14,572 nt of DNA from an uncultured Candidatus Saccharibacteria bacterium (GTDB lineage Bacteria > Patescibacteriota > Minisyncoccia > Phycocordibacterales > UBA2135), in NCBI GenBank assembly GCA_964651525.1, contig CAZYWN010000011.1, positions 1-14,572 of the forward strand, read 5' to 3'. Below are positions 1-6,541 of this stretch, piece after piece; the stretch's first letter is position 1; each line of letters opens with the position of its first letter. The notes beneath the pieces were generated by a model. It was not told where the DNA came from, made no database searches, and saw only the letters and a program-made list of their open reading frames with translations. Made by a program: the position numbers and the translations under genes.

Positions 1-203
1 GGATGCTCATTTTTCATGCGCGCGGCGTACGCCGCCCTTGCTTCTTCAGGGCAGTAATGGTTCGCATAGTCATACCGCCCTCCGCCGTCACCAACAAAAG
101 TACAGCTGGGGCAGGAACACTGGTGCGCGGACTGCAGAGCCGGAATCCAAGGGATTTCCCCTCCGCACACGCCGCATTTGAGCGGTTCATGAATAAATGC
201 CAC
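1..203 (-). CDS. Partial small Cys-rich protein (3' end cut by window edge), putative zinc-ribbon-like, function unknown
   Basis: Not in the supplied track because it runs off the edge. GTG at 203 is preceded by AAGGAG with a 6-nt spacer and by two in-frame TAA stops. Translation VAFIHEPLKCGVCGGEIPWIPALQSAHQCSCPSCTFVGDGGGRYDYANHYCPEEARAAYAARMKNEH has a CxxC...CxCxxC...C pattern. The overlapping + strand track ORF 3..230 looks like antisense noise. Confidence 0.45.
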   Translation of the reverse strand, partial: MAFIHEPLKCGVCGGEIPWIPALQSAHQCSCPSCTFVGDGGGRYDYANHYCPEEARAAYAARMKNEH

Positions 204-300
204 TTTCTTCTCCTTGCTGGTGGGGAATAGAGATTATTACTGAAATCTATGATAAGCGTACTTTATGTTCAAAAAAAATCAATTCCGAACAAGTTACATT

Positions 301-384
301 TGGTGCGCGGGAGAGGACTTGCACCTCCACGCCTTGCGGCATATGCCCCTCAAGCATACGTGTATACTGTTTCACCACCCGCGC
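301..384 (-). tRNA. tRNA-Leu (anticodon GAG), class II with long variable arm, CCA encoded
   Basis: Reverse complement is GCGCGGG TG GTG AAACAGTATA CAC G TATGC TTGAGGG GCATA TGCCGCAAGGCGT GGAGG TGCAAGT CCTCT CCCGCGC A CCA. It has a 7-bp acceptor stem, a 5-bp anticodon stem, loop anticodon GAG, a 13-nt variable arm with GCC/GGC stem and a 5-bp T stem. The D-loop lacks the usual GG and the T-loop reads TGC instead of TTC (see findings). Confidence 0.8.
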
Positions 385-426
385 ATTTGACAGTATGTAG
401 TATATAGTATTTTGTATATCGGGTAA

Positions 427-461
427 AGCCCCGCCCCGCAATTGCGGGGCGGGGCTTTTTC
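427..461. terminator. Rho-independent terminator hairpin downstream of rplS (bidirectional shape)
   Basis: AGCCCCGCCCCGC (427-439), loop AATT, GCGGGGCGGGGCT (444-456): a 13-bp GC-rich stem. It is flanked by a T-run on the + side (TTTTTCT) and an A-run upstream. It sits 22 nt past the rplS stop on the minus strand. Confidence 0.75.
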
Positions 462-482
462 TCAAAAAATCCGGAATGATTA

Positions 483-941
483 TTATTTTTCTTCCGCGTC
501 GTTCTTTTCATTCGTGTCATTTCCTCCGAAGGAGGACCCGCCTTCGGCGGGCGATATTCGTGTATTCGTGTCGTGTTCTTTATACGAAACTGCCGCGAAC
601 TCCGCGAGTCCCTTCATCTTGCGGCGCGTATCTTTCGCCGACTTGTCGCGGATATAGTAGAGCTTCGCGCGGCGCACCTTCGCGCGGCGGACAACTTCAA
701 TTGTATCAATCACCGGAGAATAAAGCGGAAATATTTTTTCCACGCCAACTCCTGATGCGATTTTACGCACCGTAAAAGTGCCTCCGGCTTCCGTGCCGTG
801 CTTTCGCGCAATAACAAGCCCTTCAAACGCCTGAAGGCGAGTTTTACCCTTCTCAAGAATCTTCTGCCATACGCGGACGGTATCACCCGAGCGAAGGTCA
901 ATCTTTGCGCGTTCTTCGGTGTTGATGGGGGAGAATTTCAT
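483..941 (-). CDS. rplS: 50S ribosomal protein L19 (bL19) with an unusual ~40-aa C-terminal extension
   Basis: The 152-aa ORF carries the L19 core [83 protein letters not shown]. The tail [39 protein letters not shown] is encoded by repeat-like DNA. Confidence 0.95.
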   Translation of the reverse strand: MKFSPINTEERAKIDLRSGDTVRVWQKILEKGKTRLQAFEGLVIARKHGTEAGGTFTVRKIASGVGVEKIFPLYSPVIDTIEVVRRAKVRRAKLYYIRDKSAKDTRRKMKGLAEFAAVSYKEHDTNTRISPAEGGSSFGGNDTNEKNDAEEK

Positions 942-943
942 AA

Positions 944-1040
944 TTTAAGATTTATGATATAAGATTTAAGATTTTCCAAAACCAAAAAATAACGCAGAAA
1001 AAACTTTTAAAATCCTAAATCTTATATGTTAAATGCTAAA
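944..1040. repeat. Inverted pair of tandem heptamer arrays (TTTAAGA-type / TNCTAAA-type) in the rluA-family to rplS gap
   Basis: Left array is TTTAAGA TTTATGA TATAAGA TTTAAGA (944-971). Right array is TCCTAAA TCTTATA TGTTAAA TGCTAAA (1013-1040). Positions 957-975 pair with 1009-1027 (19 bp, 1 mismatch). Confidence 0.7.
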
Positions 1041-1056
1041 TTACCTTACCACGTCC

Positions 1057-1803
1057 CTATTCTAAACGCAAGCCAGGGAACTTTTTCTTCGCATATCGCG
1101 CCATATCATCCGCCAAGGGCGCCTCAAGGCGCATGCGGTTTCCACTCGGCAGAGAGAGGTTAATCGCGAACGCATGGAGCGCGAGGCGGCCCATTTCGGG
1201 AGGGCATGGATACTTTGGCGCGTAGAGCGCGTCGCAGAGCACGGGGTGCCCGATTGCCTTCAGGTGCACTCGTATCTGGTGCGTGCGCCCTGTCTTTGGA
1301 AATACGGAAAGAAAACTTTCCTCATCATTCCGCGCTTCGGTTTTATAGAGCGTCCGCGACTCGCGCTTCTCGCCGCGCGCGGTGGGAAGCACCGACTTGC
1401 GGCGAAAATCCTCGGGGCTTCTCCCAATGGGCATATCTATTTCCCCTTCGCGCTGTTCCACTCTCCCGTACACGATTGTTTTATATTCTTTCTCAATCGT
1501 CCTGTCCTGAAATGATTTTTTAAGAAATTCAAAGACCTTCTGTGTCTTGGCAAGTACCAAAACGCCGGATGTGTCTTTATCCAGCCGGTGCACAATGCCC
1601 GGACGCGGAATCGGCGCGCCCTTTGGCGTCCGCATCGGCTCCCCCACTCCTTCCATTTCCGGGTACCGCGCAAGCACCCAATCGGCGACCGTGCCTCCGA
1701 TGCGCTCGGCGGGCGGGGTTCCCTCCGCGCCGTGCACGAGCATTCCTGCGGGTTTGTTTATGGCAAGAATAGATTCATCTTCATATACAATAGTGGGTTC
1801 CAT
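1057..1803 (-). CDS. RluA-family pseudouridine synthase (no N-terminal S4 domain)
   Basis: The 248-aa ORF has family motifs AINKPAGMLVH, GIVHRLDKDTSGVLVLAKT and RTHQIRVHLKAIGHPVLCDALY. Confidence 0.9.
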   Translation of the reverse strand: MEPTIVYEDESILAINKPAGMLVHGAEGTPPAERIGGTVADWVLARYPEMEGVGEPMRTPKGAPIPRPGIVHRLDKDTSGVLVLAKTQKVFEFLKKSFQDRTIEKEYKTIVYGRVEQREGEIDMPIGRSPEDFRRKSVLPTARGEKRESRTLYKTEARNDEESFLSVFPKTGRTHQIRVHLKAIGHPVLCDALYAPKYPCPPEMGRLALHAFAINLSLPSGNRMRLEAPLADDMARYAKKKFPGLRLE

Positions 1804-1820
1804 AATGTACTATCGTAACA

Positions 1821-1860
1821 CAAAAAAGCCGACCCGCGCGAAGAAAATACGCGGGCCGGC
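1821..1860 (-). terminator. Rho-independent terminator after uppS
   Basis: On the minus strand, GCCGGCCCGCG / CGCGGGTCGGC forms an 11-bp stem (one G-U) with an 11-nt loop, followed by TTTTTTGTG. It lies between the uppS stop (1925) and the rluA-family start (1803). Confidence 0.7.
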
Positions 1861-1924
1861 AATGAATAAACCGACCGAAAAACGCGCCGGATGTCATTTC
1901 AATCTCCCTTCGGATGTGGTTTTT

Positions 1925-2617
1925 TTATTTTCCGAAATTGCGCTTGCGGCGCGCATACTCGGCAAGCACGCCCTGAAACTCCTCTTTGGTGAAGTCGGGC
2001 CAGAGCGTATCGCGAAAAATCAATTCGCTGTACGCGGATTCCCATAGGAGAAAATTTGAAAGTCGTATTTCTCCTCCTGTGCGCAAAATAAAGTCTGGAT
2101 CGGGGAAGCCTTTTCGGCGCGAAGAGAGGTGCTTTTCAAAGTCACTTTCCTGAAACTTAACCAACAGGTGAGGATAGTGCCCCCATTGAGCCATAAACGA
2201 AAGCGCCGCCTGGAAAATGTCCGCTCGCCCGCCGTAGGAAAGCGCAAGCCCAAGATGGAAAAGCCCGTTCTTTTCTGTTTTTTTCTCCGCTTTTTTGACA
2301 AGCTTTTTAATATCTTTTGGGAGGCGCCTTTGGTCGCCAAGAATAGAGAGCCGCACGCCTTCGCCACAGAGCTCATCAATCTCGTTCCCGAGCGCGCGAC
2401 GGAAAAGATCCATGAGGAGCGCAACTTCTTCCTCGCTTCTCTGCCAGTTTTCGGTAGAAAAAACATATGCAATGACGTGCGTAACGCCGGCATCCCGCGC
2501 CCACCCAAGAAATTCCTTGAATTTCTTGTAACCGGCGAAATGCCCGCCGCCACGCCTATTGCCGTCCAAGATGACGCCAATGCACTGCGGCGCTTCCTCA
2601 AATGAGCGGATTTCCAT
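1925..2617 (-). CDS. uppS: Isoprenyl transferase / undecaprenyl-diphosphate synthase
   Basis: cis-prenyltransferase motifs are present: VILDGNRRGGGH, FSTENWQRSEEEV, RTGGEIRLSNFLLWESAYSELIF, LWPDF, RKRNFG. The start is set at ATG 2617 (GGAGGAG 5 nt upstream) rather than the track GTG at 2620. Confidence 0.9.
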   Translation of the reverse strand: MEIRSFEEAPQCIGVILDGNRRGGGHFAGYKKFKEFLGWARDAGVTHVIAYVFSTENWQRSEEEVALLMDLFRRALGNEIDELCGEGVRLSILGDQRRLPKDIKKLVKKAEKKTEKNGLFHLGLALSYGGRADIFQAALSFMAQWGHYPHLLVKFQESDFEKHLSSRRKGFPDPDFILRTGGEIRLSNFLLWESAYSELIFRDTLWPDFTKEEFQGVLAEYARRKRNFGK

Positions 2618-2683
2618 CACATCTCCTCCATAGCGGATGTTTGTGGTTTACGTCTTTTGCTAAAATACCACATAGATATCATG

Positions 2684-2718
2684 TTGTCCATACTCCTTCC
2701 CGATGCTATACTCTCCTT
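2684..2718 (+). promoter_or_regulatory. Candidate promoter for tsaE giving a leaderless mRNA
   Basis: TTGTCC (2684-2689), 17-nt spacer, TGC-TATACT (hexamer 2707-2712), then exactly 6 nt (ctcctt) to ATG 2719. There is no Shine-Dalgarno. Confidence 0.45.
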
Positions 2719-3171
2719 ATGGAAAAAGGTGCTGACACGCATACTCGGGAAGAAACGACCCATCGCGCGAATGATTTTATAAAAGGTCTCGTTCCACGCG
2801 AAAACATGGCGACAGTCGTCGCACTCTACGGCGATTTGGGGAGCGGAAAGACGACATTTGTGCAATCCGCGGCGAAAGCGCTCGGCGTTGACGCGACAAT
2901 CATCAGCCCGACGTTCGTCATTGAGCGCGTGTATAAATTAAAAAACCAGCCGTTTGAACATCTCATTCACATTGACTGCTATCGCATAGACGCAAGCAAA
3001 GAAATCGCGCTTCTCGGCTGGGACGAAAAAATCGCCAATCCGAGAAACCTTATTTTCGTAGAGTGGGCGGAGAGGATAGAGGGGATACTTCCCAAAGGCA
3101 CGATAAGAATATATTTTGAACACGCGGGGGAAACAACGCGAAAAATAAAAATTCTAAATTCTAATTTCTAA
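2719..3171 (+). CDS. tsaE: tRNA t6A37 biosynthesis ATPase TsaE (YjeE family)
   Basis: The 150-aa ORF from ATG 2719 has the Walker A motif LYGDLGSGKTTFVQ, then SPTFVIERVY, HIDCYRI and FVEWAERI. The track start at 2602 overlaps uppS on the other strand and adds a non-conserved extension. Confidence 0.85.
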   Translation: MEKGADTHTREETTHRANDFIKGLVPRENMATVVALYGDLGSGKTTFVQSAAKALGVDATIISPTFVIERVYKLKNQPFEHLIHIDCYRIDASKEIALLGWDEKIANPRNLIFVEWAERIEGILPKGTIRIYFEHAGETTRKIKILNSNF

Positions 3172-3293
3172 TTTCTAAACCCTAAACAATATCAAAACCT
3201 AAATGTTCTAAATTCAAAACAGGTGTTTCAGATTTTGAGATTAAAAAATTTGAATTTGTTTAGGATTTAGAGTTTAGAGCTTAGGATTTCTAT
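3151..3293. repeat. Inverted pair of tandem heptamer arrays forming a long imperfect hairpin in the tsaE to polA gap
   Basis: Left array is ATTCTAA ATTCTAA TTTCTAA TTTCTAA ACCCTAA (3151-3185). Right array is TTTAGGA TTTAGAG TTTAGAG CTTAGGA (3259-3286). TCTAAACCCTAAACAA pairs with TTGTTTAGGATTTAGA (1 mismatch). An inner pair AAATTCAAA / TTTGAATTT is also present. Confidence 0.75.
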
Positions 3294-3318
3294 TATTTTG
3301 TGTGAAACATCACGCTCA

Positions 3319-5700
3319 ATGAAACAAATAAAACCAAAACGCCTTGTCTTAATAGACGCCCACGCCATCCTCCACCGCGCCTATCACGCGTTGCCTGAAT
3401 TCACTTCACGGACGGGAGAACCGACGGGTGCCCTCTACGGTCTCTCCGCGATGGTGATGAAACTCATCAACGATTTGAAGCCGGACTATATTGTCGCGTG
3501 CTATGACATGGCGGGGCCGACATTCCGCCACGAAGCGTACGAACAATACAAAGCGAAGCGCCCAAAAGCCGAGGACGATTTGATTCTCCAAATGAACCGC
3601 TCGCGCGACATCTTCCGCGCGTTTGACATCCCCGTTTATGAAAAATCGGGGTTTGAAGCGGATGATGTTATCGGTACGATAGTAAAAGAGACCGAAAAAG
3701 AGTGCCGCGCGGGCGGACTTGAAGTCGTCATCGCCTCGGGCGACATGGACACGCTTCAGCTTGTCTCCGGAAAAAACGTTACCGTCTACACTCTTCGCAA
3801 AGGAATTTCCGATACCATCCTCTACGACGAGGGTACGGTGAAAAAACGCTACGGATTTCCGCCCGCGCTTGTCGCTGACTATAAAGGACTTCGCGGCGAC
3901 CCGTCCGATAATATTATCGGCGTCCCCGGCATCGGAGAAAAGACGGCAACCGCGCTCATACAAGAGTTCGGCGACATTGAAACAATCTATAAGAAACTCA
4001 AAAAAAATCCTGATGAGTTTTTGGAGAAAGGATTCAAGAAAAGAATCGTGGAGATTTTGAAAGAGAACGAGGAGGAGGCGCTTTTTTCAAAAACACTCGC
4101 GACCATCCGCCGAGACGCGCCGATAGATTTCCAAATGCCCGCGGAAACATGGCGGGAAAGTTTTTCTCCTGAAAAAGTAAAGAAGCTTTTCCAAGAGCTT
4201 GATTTTAGGACGCTCGGCACGCGGGCCGAAAATCTTGTAACAAAAAAAGCCGCCGATGAAACATCGGAGGAAGAATTCCCCGAAAAGTTGCCGCTTGGGC
4301 GACCTTCCGAAGAGGCGGGAGACGATATCCTTCGTGAAACAGCGCTCGCCGTGTGGGTTCTTGACTCAAACAACATCGCTCTTGGGAAAGAAGGCGTCTT
4401 GGAATTCACGGGGAAGGAAACGCTTGCGGACGCGCGCGCGCATATCCTGTCGCTCTTGAAGAATCAAGGAACGCTTAGCGTCTATACGGACATGGAGCTT
4501 CCGCTCATTCCCATTCTCCTTTCCGCGGAAAAACAGGGCATTTTGATTGACGTCCCGTACTTGAAAGAACTCTCCGCGAAACTGCATACGGAGCTTGAAT
4601 CGCTTTCCCAGAAAATATGGACGCTCGCGGGAACGCGCTTCAATATCAACTCTCCGCAACAGCTGGGACAGATTCTTTTTGAACATCTGAAACTGGAACG
4701 GAAAGGCATCAAGAAAACCGTCGGCGGCGCCATTTCAACGCGCGAGTCGGAGCTCCAGAAACTGAAAGGTCAGCATGAAATCATAGAAGTGCTTTTGCGC
4801 TATCGTGAATTGCAGAAACTTCTTTCCACCTACATTGATAACCTTCCGGAGATGGTGGATGCCGATGGCCGTCTTCACACAACATTCGTCCAGACAGGCA
4901 CCACGACGGGGCGGCTTTCTTCGCAGAATCCCAATCTCCAGAACATCCCGATTAAAGGAGAGTATGGACGCGAAATCCGCCGCGCGTTCGTCGCGGAGAA
5001 AGGACACACGCTTGCCGCGTTTGATTATTCCCAAATTGAGCTTCGCGTTCTGGCGATTCTTTCAAAAGATAAGCGGCTTCTTGAAACGTTTGAGAAAGGG
5101 AAAGACATCCACGCGGCAGTCGCCTCGTCCGTGTTCGGCGTTCCCGAAGCGGAGGTGACGAAGGAGATGCGCCGGAAAGCAAAGGTGATAAACTTCGGTA
5201 TCCTCTACGGCATGGGCGTTACCAGTTTGCAGAAAAGTTTGGGCGGCACGCGCGAGGAGGCGCAGATTTTTTATGATAATTATTTCAAAAGATTTCCCGA
5301 GGTCACGCACTTTATAGAAGACACGAAGCGAACCGCGACAATCAAAGGATATACGGAGACATTGTTCGGGCGGCGGCGGTATGTAGAAGGATTGCGCTCG
5401 CCTATCCCCTATATCCGCGCTGGAGCAGAACGGATGGCGGTGAACGCGCCGATTCAAGGCACTGCCGCGGACATTATTAAAAAAGCGATGCTCGCTGTGG
5501 ATGCCGCTCTCCAAAAAGAAAACCTCGCAACGCGCGCGCACCTTGTTCTCCAAGTGCATGACGAATTGATTTACGAAATTGAAGACGAGGCGCTCGCGCG
5601 CGCGCTTCCCTTGATACAAAAAGAAATGGAGGGGGTCGTTCATGAAAAAATCCCGTTTGGCGTCAGCGTCGCGCACAGCAAGAATTGGGGAGAAATTTAA
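3319..5700 (+). CDS. polA: DNA polymerase I (5' nuclease plus polymerase domains; 3'-5' exonuclease motifs not evident)
   Basis: 793 aa from ATG 3319 (MKQIKPKRLVLIDAHAILHRAYHA). The 5' nuclease region has GFEADDVIGT and GIGEKTA. Polymerase motifs are A DYSQIELRVLA, B RRKAKVINFGILYGMG and C QVHDELIYE. No DxE (Exo I) motif is visible between residues ~300 and 430. Confidence 0.95.
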   Translation: MKQIKPKRLVLIDAHAILHRAYHALPEFTSRTGEPTGALYGLSAMVMKLINDLKPDYIVACYDMAGPTFRHEAYEQYKAKRPKAEDDLILQMNRSRDIFRAFDIPVYEKSGFEADDVIGTIVKETEKECRAGGLEVVIASGDMDTLQLVSGKNVTVYTLRKGISDTILYDEGTVKKRYGFPPALVADYKGLRGDPSDNIIGVPGIGEKTATALIQEFGDIETIYKKLKKNPDEFLEKGFKKRIVEILKENEEEALFSKTLATIRRDAPIDFQMPAETWRESFSPEKVKKLFQELDFRTLGTRAENLVTKKAADETSEEEFPEKLPLGRPSEEAGDDILRETALAVWVLDSNNIALGKEGVLEFTGKETLADARAHILSLLKNQGTLSVYTDMELPLIPILLSAEKQGILIDVPYLKELSAKLHTELESLSQKIWTLAGTRFNINSPQQLGQILFEHLKLERKGIKKTVGGAISTRESELQKLKGQHEIIEVLLRYRELQKLLSTYIDNLPEMVDADGRLHTTFVQTGTTTGRLSSQNPNLQNIPIKGEYGREIRRAFVAEKGHTLAAFDYSQIELRVLAILSKDKRLLETFEKGKDIHAAVASSVFGVPEAEVTKEMRRKAKVINFGILYGMGVTSLQKSLGGTREEAQIFYDNYFKRFPEVTHFIEDTKRTATIKGYTETLFGRRRYVEGLRSPIPYIRAGAERMAVNAPIQGTAADIIKKAMLAVDAALQKENLATRAHLVLQVHDELIYEIEDEALARALPLIQKEMEGVVHEKIPFGVSVAHSKNWGEI

Positions 5701-5821
5701 ATGAAAGATACCAATATACAAATGAGTACGAATGCAACGAATGAATACGAATACCGAGGATGCCACATTTGCAGCCATTAGTATTATTCGTATATATTCG
5801 TAGATTGGTATCTTGTATTTT
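5701..5821. repeat. Palindromic ACGAAT-word intergenic cassette, copy 1 (fills the polA stop to holA-like start gap)
   Basis: AAGATACCAAT (5705-5715) pairs perfectly with ATTGGTATCTT (5804-5814). The arms are built of degenerate ...ACGAAT / ATTCGT... words. Positions 5701-5752 match 13907-13958 at 47/52. Confidence 0.8.
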
Positions 5822-6541
5822 ATGCTTTATTTATTCACCGGCTCGGATAAAGAAAAAGCGCGGGGGAAATTCCGCGCGGATGTGAACGCGCTCCGCGCGA
5901 AAAAGCCGGACGCCTCGTTTGTTGAGATGGACGAGCTGTCGTTTTCCTCCGCGCGGATTCTAGAACTTCTTGCGACGCGCGGAATGTTTGAAAAAGCGGT
6001 TATCGCCGCGTTCAGAAATCTTTTGAATAACGAGGAAGCCGCCGCGTTTCTCGCAAAAAACGCGAAAGGGCTCGCGTCGTCGGAAAACGTCTTTTTGGTG
6101 TGCGAAGAGGACGCGACGAAAACCGCCCTTGCCCCCTTGGAAAAACACGCGGATAAAGTGTGGCGCTTCACGGCGCAAGCGGCGCGCAAAGAATTTCCCA
6201 TCGTTTTCCCGTTCGCCGAAGCGTTTCTCGCTCGCGACAAGAAAAAAGCGTGGATTCTTCTTCAAAGAATACTCTCCGAAAATATCCCGCCGGAGCAGAT
6301 TTTCGGCGCGCTTTTCTGGCAGGTAAAAACCGCGGCGCTCGTAAAAAAAGCGCAAAAAATGAACTCGGTCGGGGCACTCGGGCTGAAACCGTTTGTCCAA
6401 AGCAAGGCGGAACGCCTGTGCCGCGGCTATTCCGAGCAAGAGCTCACGGAACTTCTTGGAGAAATCGTTGGCCTCTACCATTCCCGCGAAGAAGGCGGCC
6501 TAGAACCCGCGCTCGCGCTGGAGCGGCTCGTATTGCGATAA
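5822..6541 (+). CDS. holA: DNA polymerase III delta subunit-like protein (short form)
   Basis: 239 aa from ATG 5822. The N-terminus MLYLFTGSDKEKARGKF and the C-terminal helical region (AFLARDKKKAWILLQRILSENIPPEQIFGALFWQVKTAALVKKA) resemble HolA layout. It has no P-loop and sits directly after polA. Similarity was judged by eye only. Confidence 0.6.
   Translation: MLYLFTGSDKEKARGKFRADVNALRAKKPDASFVEMDELSFSSARILELLATRGMFEKAVIAAFRNLLNNEEAAAFLAKNAKGLASSENVFLVCEEDATKTALAPLEKHADKVWRFTAQAARKEFPIVFPFAEAFLARDKKKAWILLQRILSENIPPEQIFGALFWQVKTAALVKKAQKMNSVGALGLKPFVQSKAERLCRGYSEQELTELLGEIVGLYHSREEGGLEPALALERLVLR

Noticed and set aside
3-230. Plus-strand track ORF of 75 aa at the window start
   Set aside because: It has no RBS or promoter context and an implausible sequence. 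The opposite strand carries a better ORF with an AAGGAG-GTG start and a Cys-motif pattern.
3172-3188. Telomere-like repeats (CCCTAAA, TTTGGGT)
   Set aside because: They match eukaryotic telomere words only by coincidence of a 7-nt AT-rich unit. They are internal, short, degenerate and embedded in bacterial genes and gaps.
3151-3293. CRISPR array interpretation of the short repeated words (also 944-1040, 12995-13036, 14205-14239)
   Set aside because: The units are 7 nt and directly tandem, with no 25-40 nt repeat/spacer alternation. No cas genes are in the window.
3406-5778. Long minus-strand ORFs inside polA (3406..3963, 3987..4409, 5062..5778)
   Set aside because: They are antisense to a gene with unmistakable Pol I motifs. 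The translations are Arg/Ser/Phe-rich low-information sequence with no recognisable motif. The 5' end of 5062..5778 is generated by the palindromic cassette.
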